DNA of 38,956 bases from a virus. Taxonomy: Duplodnaviria > Caudoviricetes. The stretch is from positions 1 to 38,956 of the IMG/VR virus record IMGVR_UViG_3300019765_000008; one strand, 5' to 3'. Under the pieces are notes generated by a model. That model searched no databases. It saw only the letters and a program-made list of their open reading frames with translations, and was not told the DNA's origin. The translations under genes and the position numbers were made by a program. Each line of letters begins with the position of its first letter. The stretch's first letter is position 1. Below, piece by piece: positions 9,098 to 16,718 of the stretch.

Positions 9098-9134
9098 ATA
9101 AACTGTTGACAATAATGATAACGCTAGATATATA
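9090..9134 (+). promoter_or_regulatory. Sigma70-like early promoter (copy 2 of the 28-bp repeat)
   Basis: Identical 28-mer at 9090-9117; TTGACA 9106-9111; TATATA at 17 bp. Confidence 0.7.
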
Positions 9135-9182
9135 TACACCATAGCCGAACGGCACTAACAAAACAACGAAGGAAAAGACGAC

Positions 9183-9356
9183 ATGATTTTAAAGCTAGAT
9201 GAAATAAAAGAGTTTTATAATATCTTAATCTCTCATGGTTTGGATAAATATGATTCAGAGATAAGTTATCCTGCTTTCATGCGTGTGCAAAGAGACAATA
9301 TAAATCATCTTCATTATCACTTAAAGGAAATGGTTAGAGTGCATGGGCTTAAATAA
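9183..9356 (+). CDS. Hypothetical protein (57 aa; not in ORF track)
   Basis: MILKLDEIKEFYNILISHG...VRVHGLK*; AAGGA RBS; follows a promoter and overlaps the next ORF. Confidence 0.65.
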   Translation: MILKLDEIKEFYNILISHGLDKYDSEISYPAFMRVQRDNINHLHYHLKEMVRVHGLK

Positions 9357-9537
9357 AATATTCTTAATTCTTTTAATCGCAGGTTGTAAAGATTACAAAT
9401 TTGATTACAAGTGTAGTAACGAAATGGCAACAATGAAAACAGGCAAAGACGGGACTATGTATCATTATGACATAGACGGCGAGCCGGTTAAGTGTGGTAA
9501 GGATTATTATGAAACTAAACGAAATAGAAACCTATGA
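9343..9537 (+). CDS. Small putative lipoprotein
   Basis: Signal peptide with lipobox LIAG-C. Confidence 0.65.
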   Translation: MGLNKIFLILLIAGCKDYKFDYKCSNEMATMKTGKDGTMYHYDIDGEPVKCGKDYYETKRNRNL

Positions 9538-9709
9538 AGATGCTCAGGCTGAAATAGAAGCACAGCTTTCCAATTCTGGTATGTACATGCATAACATTTT
9601 GGGCATGTTGTTAAGACACGTTGACGAAAACATAGGACGCAAAGAAGCTAATCAGTTGATAGAAGAATACTGTTTAGACAACTATGGACTTAATCAGGAG
9701 CATGAGTAA
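9509..9709 (+). CDS. Hypothetical protein
   Basis: ATG at 9509 follows AAGGA and is preferred over the 9494 start in the track. Confidence 0.65.
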   Translation: MKLNEIETYEDAQAEIEAQLSNSGMYMHNILGMLLRHVDENIGRKEANQLIEEYCLDNYGLNQEHE

Positions 9710-9767
9710 TGAGCAATCACGCGCCTAATTCATTCTTTGAACTAATTTCATTTATAGTGATGGCAAT

Positions 9768-9959
9768 ATGGCACTATTTAAAAAAGCTATTCAATCGTCT
9801 TTTTTGTCGATTGTAGTTTACATTATTATATTTGGTGTCTATCCATTGTTTTTGATTGGGGTGTTTGCTTATGTTTATTTTGAAAGGTATTGGGTTTATG
9901 TCTGTCTATTTATTATTACCATTTATCTTCTGGTGGTTTTTGGTTGGGTTTTTAGTTGA
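9768..9959 (+). CDS. Small membrane protein (2 TM)
   Basis: Almost entirely hydrophobic 63 aa. Confidence 0.45.
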   Translation: MALFKKAIQSSFLSIVVYIIIFGVYPLFLIGVFAYVYFERYWVYVCLFIITIYLLVVFGWVFS

Positions 9960-9968
9960 GGTTTTTAA

Positions 9969-10151
9969 ATGAACAAAGAACTTTTAACTTTTCAATCAAT
10001 ATTCATGCTAATCATTGGCATATCTGTTATTTATCGAAAAGATAAATTATCTAAAATCCCGCAATGGTCTATTGGGCTTCTCACCTTATTGCTTCTATGT
10101 TGGGCTTTTTTTGATATGTCTAAATATGTTTATTCCCTTGTGATACAATAG
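9969..10151 (+). CDS. Small membrane protein (2 TM)
   Basis: GAGG RBS; two hydrophobic segments. Confidence 0.6.
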   Translation: MNKELLTFQSIFMLIIGISVIYRKDKLSKIPQWSIGLLTLLLLCWAFFDMSKYVYSLVIQ

Positions 10152-10172
10152 ACCTAATTGCAGGGGGAAATT

Positions 10173-10433
10173 ATGGACGCTTCAGAAGTTGTCAAGATAA
10201 TAATCGGCGTTTTTGTCGGTATGTTTGTGTATCTCATTAGAGACAAGCTAGGCAAGGTTGAGAAAGTAGAATCAAAAGTTGGATTAAAAATAGATCAGAT
10301 TTTAGAAAAGATTGTTTCCATCGAAAAAAAGCTGGTTGAAATAAATTCACTTAGAGATACAGTAGTGCGGTTAGAGACTAGGATAGAGTCTATAGATAAA
10401 AGAGTTAATAGGATAGAGAAGGATTATACCTAA
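10173..10433 (+). CDS. Membrane-anchored coiled-coil protein, holin/XhlA-like candidate
   Basis: One N-terminal TM helix then heptads (VVRLETRIESIDKRVNRIE); directly precedes the endolysin; GGGGG RBS supports start 10173. Confidence 0.6.
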   Translation: MDASEVVKIIIGVFVGMFVYLIRDKLGKVEKVESKVGLKIDQILEKIVSIEKKLVEINSLRDTVVRLETRIESIDKRVNRIEKDYT

Positions 10434-10435
10434 CA

Positions 10436-11290
10436 ATGAGAGACCCATATTACATAGAGATAAAAAACTTTAAATGGTCTATGACCCTAGACGAACTTAA
10501 AAATCTTCAGGTTGAAAAAGGTTCGGCAGTCGATAGTGTTGAAGTAAGTATTGATTTTAATTCAGTAGATGAATACGAGCCTAGGCTTAGTGATAATGAC
10601 GTTCTTGTTCATGTTTCAGGTTTAAATCGACATGGTGAAATGAGAGTAAAAAAAGAGTATGGCATTAAGCTATTGGCAGACCAAATTAAAGAAGAGCCAG
10701 ATAGAAAAAATGCTTACACTGGCTTTTATCCAAAGGGAGAAATAGTAGACATTGGGATGCCAGTAAGGTGGAATAATGACCCAAAGGGCTTAATTGTTCA
10801 CTATACTGCTGGATGGTCTAACACAGAGCAAAAGTCTATCAATACTTTACGCGGTGGAAAAAAGAACGGTTATACATATTGGACTATGAGCGAATCGGGT
10901 ACGGTTTACATGGACACTAAAGCAACGGAGCATGGCTATCATTGCGGCACGTATCATCATAGAGATCATTTGGGAATCGAAATAAACAATGGTGGCAAGC
11001 TTGGCTCAGATAAAAAGACTTGGTTTAAATATGCTCCACCACAAAACCGCATAAGATACGCTGATTATCCGAACCAGGAAAAAGGCTTTTATATGACTTA
11101 CACTAAAGAGCAAGAAGAAAGCTTGGTAGATTTATGTTATTGGCTTAAAGACACTTACCCTTCATTCTCATTCGATAACGTACTTGGACATGATGAAGTA
11201 GCCAAAGGGAGAAAGAACGACCCTGGGGGAAGTTTATCTATGTCTATGAAGGACTTTAGGCAGTTTTTGAAAGACAACTACAAATCATGA
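10436..11290 (+). CDS. Endolysin, N-acetylmuramoyl-L-alanine amidase (Amidase_2 family)
   Basis: LIVHYTAG, LGIEI, VLGHDEV and KNDPG zinc/catalytic motifs; extra N-terminal region of about 100 aa. Confidence 0.9.
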   Translation: MRDPYYIEIKNFKWSMTLDELKNLQVEKGSAVDSVEVSIDFNSVDEYEPRLSDNDVLVHVSGLNRHGEMRVKKEYGIKLLADQIKEEPDRKNAYTGFYPKGEIVDIGMPVRWNNDPKGLIVHYTAGWSNTEQKSINTLRGGKKNGYTYWTMSESGTVYMDTKATEHGYHCGTYHHRDHLGIEINNGGKLGSDKKTWFKYAPPQNRIRYADYPNQEKGFYMTYTKEQEESLVDLCYWLKDTYPSFSFDNVLGHDEVAKGRKNDPGGSLSMSMKDFRQFLKDNYKS

Positions 11291-11355
11291 TAAAATGATC
11301 TTGCTTAAAAGCGGTAAAGCAACCGGCCTGTATTTGTAATAAACGCGGTTTGCAT

Positions 11356-11384
11356 GGGGGGACGATAATTCCCTCCTTTTTTTT
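11356..11384 (+). terminator. Rho-independent terminator after endolysin
   Basis: GGGGGGA...TCCCTCC stem (one G-U pair) plus T8. Confidence 0.7.
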
Positions 11385-11394
11385 ATTTGGCACG

Positions 11395-11422
11395 TTGACA
11401 AAAAAGATAACCAGTATACATT
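11395..11422 (+). promoter_or_regulatory. Sigma70-like promoter of the ParB/PAPS-reductase cassette
   Basis: TTGACA-16 bp-TACATT; the GTTGACAAAAAAGATAAC context matches the early promoter at 8290 (GTTGACAAAAATGATAAC). Confidence 0.65.
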
Positions 11423-11447
11423 ATTTTCAAATAACATGGAGTATTTT

Positions 11448-12581
11448 ATGGACATTCAAAAAAACATGCTGGAGTTGGTTAGTTATATCGAAGGGTTAGA
11501 TCTTGATGAAAAGGTAGAGGCGATAAACTTTGTACGGTCTGTTATTCATGACATTAGCCCTTTTCGGGACGAGCCGGTTGATTTTGTCAAGTGGGTAAAA
11601 AACGACACTGTTGTATCAAACGACTATAATCCAAATAAAGTAGCACCAACAGAGATGAAGCTTCTAGAGTTATCTATCCATAATGATGGATACACTCAGC
11701 CGATAGTTTCGTGGAGCAATCCAGAAAAAGATAAAACAGAAGTAATTGACGGTTTTCACAGGCACAGAGTAGGTAAAGAGTCTAAAGCAATACGTGAAAG
11801 GGTTAAGGGTTATCTTCCCGTTGTTGACATACGAAAAGAGCAAAGCGGCAAGAAAGACAGAATAGCATCTACGATCAGGCACAACAGGGCTAGGGGAAAA
11901 CACCAGATTGATGCAATGAGCGAGATTGTCATTGAGCTAAAGAATAGAAATTGGAAAAATTCTAGAATTGCTAGAGAACTCGGCATGGACGAAGAAGAGG
12001 TTTTAAGACTTTGCCAGATATCGGGGCTTGAAAATCTTTTTAGCGATAAGGATTTTAGTAGAGCATGGGAAGCTCAAGATTCTTTATCTGATGCTGATTG
12101 GCAAGATATAACTGACGATGACGGCGACGACGATGTTAGAATACCGCACATGAACGACGAACAAAGAATATTTCACACCTACCACCATTGGGAATGTCAC
12201 AAGGCAGGATTCTACGCTTCTAACGTTGAGGGGAAAACAAAAAAACAGTGTGAAGAAGAGTATAAAAACTTTTTATCTGACAAAAGTTTATTTAAAGAAA
12301 CTTTAGAGAAAGTCATAACAGAATGGAAGTTTTCATGTGAGCATTATCTTACTAATAAAGCTATGAATAGAATTGCTTGGCTTGGGCAAGCTTCGGCGTG
12401 TTATGCTCTTGGTTTGCCGTCAAAGTTTTGTGGTGGTTTTAATTTGATGTCTGAAGAAGAGAGACACGAGGCTAACTTGATAGCGTTGGATGCTCTGAAT
12501 AAATGGCTTACAAATAATGGTATGGATGTGGTAAGTCTTGAGCAAGGTTTAAACGCTACTAAGCAAGTGGAGCTATATTAA
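11448..12581 (+). CDS. ibrB: IbrB/YbdM-like ParB/Srx-fold protein fused to an additional C-terminal domain
   Basis: SPF.DEPVD, NDYNPNKVAP.E, DGYTQPIV, IDGFHR, STIRHNRARGKH, ELGMD.EEVLRL, FSRAWE; then an acidic linker and a domain of about 140 aa; GGAG RBS supports start 11448. Confidence 0.85.
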   Translation: MDIQKNMLELVSYIEGLDLDEKVEAINFVRSVIHDISPFRDEPVDFVKWVKNDTVVSNDYNPNKVAPTEMKLLELSIHNDGYTQPIVSWSNPEKDKTEVIDGFHRHRVGKESKAIRERVKGYLPVVDIRKEQSGKKDRIASTIRHNRARGKHQIDAMSEIVIELKNRNWKNSRIARELGMDEEEVLRLCQISGLENLFSDKDFSRAWEAQDSLSDADWQDITDDDGDDDVRIPHMNDEQRIFHTYHHWECHKAGFYASNVEGKTKKQCEEEYKNFLSDKSLFKETLEKVITEWKFSCEHYLTNKAMNRIAWLGQASACYALGLPSKFCGGFNLMSEEERHEANLIALDALNKWLTNNGMDVVSLEQGLNATKQVELY

Positions 12582-13787
12582 GTGTCTAAGAAAGTTTATT
12601 TAAAAAAGTCTGTTTTAGCAGCATCGAGAGAAAGAATATCCGAGGCTTTTGATAGCTTTGAAAGGCTTTACATTAGTTTTTCTGGGGGTAAAGATTCTAC
12701 TGTCATGACTCACTTGGTGATGCGAGAAGCCATTAAAAGAAAGCGAAAGGTTGGGCTTTTAATTATAGATTTAGAGGCACAATATACAGCAACTATATCG
12801 CACATAGAGGAGATGGTTGAGAGGTATCGAGATCACATAGACCTTCATTGGTTTTGTGGTGAGTTGTTGTTGAGGAATGCCGTTTCAAACTATGAGCCTA
12901 AGTGGGTGTGTTGGGACGAAGACAAAAAGGATATTTGGGTAAGAGAAAAACCAAAGCTTGCTAGTGATCTAAGCCAGTATAGTTTTTATGTTCCCAAGAT
13001 GGAATTTGAAGAGTTAATGGTTATTTTTGGTAAGTGGTACTCTCAGGGGAAAACATGTGGTGCATTTATCGGGATTAGGTCAGATGAAAGTTTGCATCGG
13101 TATAGGGCTATAGTTTCTGAAAAAAATGGTTTGATGATGAACAATAGAAAATGGACGACAAAAGTAGCTAATGGCCTTTATAATATTTATCCGATATATG
13201 ACTGGAGGACTGAAGACATTTGGTTGTTTCACTCTAAACATAAGGAATATTGTTATAATAAAATATATGATCTTATGACTAGGGCGGGGGTTAAGTTTAG
13301 CAATCAAAGGTTGTGTCAGCCTTTTGGTGATGACCAGAAAAAAGGGTTGTGGCTTTATCATATACTTGAGCCGGACACTTGGTATAAGTTAATCAATAGA
13401 GTAAGTGGAGTTAATTCAGGTGCTTTATATGCTCAGGAGACTGGTAATATAAACGGAAGCAATAAGATAGAAAAACCGAAAGATCATACTTGGCATAGTT
13501 ACACTAACTTTCTTTTGAAAACCCTTCCAAAGAAAATGCAAGAAAATTACCGTGAGAGGTTTAGCAAGTTTATAGGTCAGTGGAAAAAGAGAGGTTATGA
13601 CACTATTCCAGATTATGCTCCACATGATCTGGAGGTAAAGCAGTGGGCGCCATCGTGGAGAAGGATGTGCCGTTGCATTTTGAGGAACGACTACTATTGC
13701 AAGGGATTGGGTCAGACTCAGCCTTTTTCAGAAGCTTACGGTAAGTACAAATCTTTGAAAGAAGTTGAAAAGATCAACATGGCCTGA
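12582..13787 (+). CDS. ibrA: IbrA/YbdN-like PAPS reductase-family (PP-loop) protein with DUF3440 domain
   Basis: PP-loop SFSGGKDS, IDLEAQY, GIRSDES, YPIYDW, RLCQPFG, PSWRRMC..ILRNDYYC. Confidence 0.9.
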   Translation: MSKKVYLKKSVLAASRERISEAFDSFERLYISFSGGKDSTVMTHLVMREAIKRKRKVGLLIIDLEAQYTATISHIEEMVERYRDHIDLHWFCGELLLRNAVSNYEPKWVCWDEDKKDIWVREKPKLASDLSQYSFYVPKMEFEELMVIFGKWYSQGKTCGAFIGIRSDESLHRYRAIVSEKNGLMMNNRKWTTKVANGLYNIYPIYDWRTEDIWLFHSKHKEYCYNKIYDLMTRAGVKFSNQRLCQPFGDDQKKGLWLYHILEPDTWYKLINRVSGVNSGALYAQETGNINGSNKIEKPKDHTWHSYTNFLLKTLPKKMQENYRERFSKFIGQWKKRGYDTIPDYAPHDLEVKQWAPSWRRMCRCILRNDYYCKGLGQTQPFSEAYGKYKSLKEVEKINMA

Positions 13788-13841
13788 TTTTTTTATTTGC
13801 GCTTGTTTCATGCTAAAATAAAGTAAAAAACAGGTGTAAAA

Positions 13842-14591
13842 ATGAGAACTCATTTTGTTATCTCTGATACTCAAGTAAAGCCTAGTGTAAGTCAAAATCA
13901 TATAGACTGGTTAGCTAGAGCTATCTGTCATTATATGCCAAACGAAATTATATGCCTTGGCGATTGGTGGGACATGGAAAGCCTGTCAACGTATGACATG
14001 GGAACTATAAACGCTGAAGGCAAAAGATACTATCAAGACATAGAAGCGGGCAATGAAGCTATGAAGCGGCTAATAAACCCGATTAAAAAGCGAATGAAGC
14101 TTAAGAAGAAGTGGAAACCTAAATTTACTTTTCTACTGGGCAACCATGAGCAACGTATTATTCGGACGGTAAAAAACTACCCGCATTTAAAAGACAAGCT
14201 AAGTTATGATGATTTATATTTGAAAGACTGGAAAGTTTTCGATTTTTTAAAAGTCGCTAAAATCGACGGTGTTTCTTATTCTCATTATTTTGTTAATCCA
14301 ATGACCGGCAATCCTTACGGCGGAAATATTCAAAACTTGATTGCAAAGCTTGGATATAGTTTTGTGATGGGACATAAGCAAGTTTTAGAGTTTGGGAGAA
14401 AAGACTTAACTGACGGCAATGTGGTTATGGGCTTAATTACTGGCAGCTACTATCTACATGACGAAATGTACAAAGGCCCACAGGGTAATTATCATTGGCG
14501 CGGGTGTTGTGTGCTTCACAATGTTAGAAGCGGCGTGTTTGATCTTGAGACTTTATCGCTGGATAGAATGAAGCGAGAGTATGGAAAATGA
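13842..14591 (+). CDS. Calcineurin-like metallophosphoesterase
   Basis: VISDTQ, LGDWWD, LGNHE, YSHY and MGHKQ motifs; preceded by extended -10 TGCTAAAAT at 13811. Confidence 0.88.
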   Translation: MRTHFVISDTQVKPSVSQNHIDWLARAICHYMPNEIICLGDWWDMESLSTYDMGTINAEGKRYYQDIEAGNEAMKRLINPIKKRMKLKKKWKPKFTFLLGNHEQRIIRTVKNYPHLKDKLSYDDLYLKDWKVFDFLKVAKIDGVSYSHYFVNPMTGNPYGGNIQNLIAKLGYSFVMGHKQVLEFGRKDLTDGNVVMGLITGSYYLHDEMYKGPQGNYHWRGCCVLHNVRSGVFDLETLSLDRMKREYGK

Positions 14592-14899
14592 AAAGCTTTA
14601 GAGATTATCCAAAATTAGTTGATGTTGAGTCGATGAATTGGGAAGTTAGATTCAAAAGGAAACTTTTTCATGAGGGGAAAGAAGTAGACGGTTTGTGTGA
14701 CTATGACGAAAAAGTGATTTATATTCGCATAAAGAAAGACCGTTGCGATATGTTTAGGGTATTTGTCCATGAAGTCTTACATGCCATAGAATATGAGAAC
14801 GATCACGACATACCGCATAAATACATAGAACAAATTGACACCGGCCTAGCTAAGTTTATGAGGAAAAACATTGATAAATTGATAAAGATAATTGTTTAA
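14588..14899 (+). CDS. Small zincin-like metallopeptidase-domain protein (HExxH)
   Basis: DGLCDY...IYI...FVHEVLHAI. Confidence 0.75.
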   Translation: MKSFRDYPKLVDVESMNWEVRFKRKLFHEGKEVDGLCDYDEKVIYIRIKKDRCDMFRVFVHEVLHAIEYENDHDIPHKYIEQIDTGLAKFMRKNIDKLIKIIV

Positions 14900-14931
14900 T
14901 ATAGAATTTATGATCTAACCTTTTTCGCTTG

Positions 14932-14965
14932 GGAGCCGTCATTTTTTGACGGTTTCCTTTTTTTT
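14932..14965 (+). terminator. Rho-independent terminator
   Basis: GGAGCCGTCA...TGACGGTTTCC stem plus T tract. Confidence 0.85.
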
Positions 14966-15022
14966 ATTTTGGTGCAATAATAAACACAATTTTGTAAACA
15001 TTTTTGTCGAAAGGATTTTGTT

Positions 15023-15286
15023 ATGGCTGAAAAAGGCATAAAAGAAATTAAAGAAGTTTTGGAAGGTGTGTTTGCTCTTTACGATTTTATGAAGAAAGAA
15101 GCGGAAGATGGGCTAGACTGGACAGACGCGGGAAGTCTTATTGTTAAGATTGTAGACGATGAAGAGTTTAGAACTAAGCTGGTTGACGCTTTCCAAGGTT
15201 ATGAAGAACTTGGTGGGGAAATTTCTGACTTGTCTTTTAAAGAAGGTATTGAGTTGGTGGAGCTAGTTCTTGAAAAACTCAAGTAA
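15023..15286 (+). CDS. Hypothetical acidic helical protein
   Basis: 87 aa; AAGGA RBS. Confidence 0.75.
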   Translation: MAEKGIKEIKEVLEGVFALYDFMKKEAEDGLDWTDAGSLIVKIVDDEEFRTKLVDAFQGYEELGGEISDLSFKEGIELVELVLEKLK

Positions 15287-15446
15287 ATCATACTTTAGAA
15301 GTAAGACAGTTTTTTTTAACCTAGTCTTAATTGCCGGGGGTATGTTTGCCCCTGGTTTAACTTCAGAAGTTAGGAATATTCTAATTACCAACGGCGTTAT
15401 TGGGCTTGGCTTAAGGGCTAAGACAGATAAGCCATTGAGGTTTTAA
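15270..15446 (+). CDS. Putative small holin (58 aa; TTG start; not in ORF track)
   Basis: MKNSSKSYFRSKTVFFNLVLIAGGMFAPG...ILITNGVIGLGLRAKTDKPLRF*; SKTxxxN...LRxxTxxP pattern of small phage holin-like proteins; GGAG RBS at 15259; exactly fills the gap to 15447. Confidence 0.65.
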   Translation: MKNSSKSYFRSKTVFFNLVLIAGGMFAPGLTSEVRNILITNGVIGLGLRAKTDKPLRF

Positions 15447-16145
15447 ATGCGCTACATGCTTTTAGCTTTAATTATTTTCGGTTGTTCATCTATCGAAAAA
15501 GAAGAAAAGAAAAACACTTTACACTTTGATGATTCTAATTATCGGCGAGAGCTAAAGTTTTCTGTAAATGGTCAAGAGATTGACGGCTACGGTACGGCCA
15601 AAAAATCCCCGTTTGGCTATACCGTCGAGGCTAAAGTTTCCGACGAAATCTTTCGTGGTTTTGTTCGTTCTTGTAATGGAACCAAAAAGCTTGAAATACA
15701 AGAGCAGGGAACTTTTAAAAAGAAAAAATATTTTAAAACTTTCATTCCAGTATTAGGGGAGCCTTTCGACATATCCTGCTTAATAGAAATATTTTTGTTT
15801 AGCGGTAACGGTGTCCATCTTTTCGGTGTGTTTGATACTATCGGAGAAGAAAAGCTTCGGTTTCAATCTTCATGCAATTATGACAACGGCCCAAAGGTAG
15901 GCTCTGATTTTTGTCATAGCTCTGTTGGTGATTATTATTTTTTAGACTTCAAGGGAAAAAAAGTTAAATTTTTCTTTGATGAAAATTTATGCCCCGAACC
16001 AGAAGCTTTAGATGAAAATGGAAAGTATCAAATCAGGATAGTTAAAACACCATGTATATATTTAATTGCTCACAAATTATTCAAACAACGTGCTAGAATT
16101 ACAATTATGGGATGGAATGATATCTTTTTAAGGGAAATATTTTGA
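15447..16145 (+). CDS. Putative lipoprotein, cysteine-rich
   Basis: Signal peptide with lipobox IIFG-C; GAGG RBS; several further Cys. Confidence 0.7.
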   Translation: MRYMLLALIIFGCSSIEKEEKKNTLHFDDSNYRRELKFSVNGQEIDGYGTAKKSPFGYTVEAKVSDEIFRGFVRSCNGTKKLEIQEQGTFKKKKYFKTFIPVLGEPFDISCLIEIFLFSGNGVHLFGVFDTIGEEKLRFQSSCNYDNGPKVGSDFCHSSVGDYYFLDFKGKKVKFFFDENLCPEPEALDENGKYQIRIVKTPCIYLIAHKLFKQRARITIMGWNDIFLREIF

Positions 16146-16327
16146 TTTATAAATATGTCTTTTACATAAATCTTATTTGTATTCTTGGCTTGATTGTTAC
16201 AGATAAATGTAATGATGGGCTTTTAAAGGAGATGATTAAAGACTTTTATGTAATAATTTTTACATTGACGAGCGCGGGTGTTTGTATCTTGGAATTTATG
16301 ATTATTTTTAAGCGAGGTTATTTTTAA
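16142..16327 (+). CDS. Small membrane protein (2 TM)
   Basis: Two hydrophobic segments; coupled to both neighbours. Confidence 0.55.
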   Translation: MIYKYVFYINLICILGLIVTDKCNDGLLKEMIKDFYVIIFTLTSAGVCILEFMIIFKRGYF

Positions 16328-16695
16328 TGTGGGGAGCAATTGGAACTATAGCCAGCATTTTGATGTGGGTTTTAGACAAAATCGGCGTTTCTAAAGAGCG
16401 ACAAGATAAAATAAAACGTGAAATAAATATTCAAGTTAGGAAGATAATAAAAGGCCCAAGCAATAGCACAATCATACGAGATCAATACAGGGATTTAAAA
16501 GACCAAGTGGACGATTATTTGAGCGATGAGCCAAAAAAAGATGATTTGGCAAAACCCGTGAAAGACCCACGCACCAAGGTTTCTAGGATAATCAAGGTTA
16601 AATGCCCTATATGTGAAAGAGTTAGTGAAGTGGTTTCTCTTTACCCAGATGGAGACATGGTGCTAAAGTGTGGTCATATAAAGCCGAAAGACTAA
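16327..16695 (+). CDS. Protein with N-terminal amphipathic/TM helix and C-terminal zinc ribbon
   Basis: MWGAIGTIASILMWVL; CPIC...LKCGH; GAGG RBS. Confidence 0.7.
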   Translation: MWGAIGTIASILMWVLDKIGVSKERQDKIKREINIQVRKIIKGPSNSTIIRDQYRDLKDQVDDYLSDEPKKDDLAKPVKDPRTKVSRIIKVKCPICERVSEVVSLYPDGDMVLKCGHIKPKD

Positions 16696-16718
16696 TAGGC
16701 TTGGTTTATGGCTTTTGG

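Noticed and set aside
8679-9117. 28-bp direct repeat considered as att sites or a mini-CRISPR
   Set aside because: Each copy contains TTGACA at promoter distance from a gene, and no integrase is present in the window; a promoter duplication explains it
11388-11402. TGGCACG as a sigma54 -24 element
   Set aside because: No TTGC at the required -12 spacing; the overlapping TTGACA fits sigma70 better
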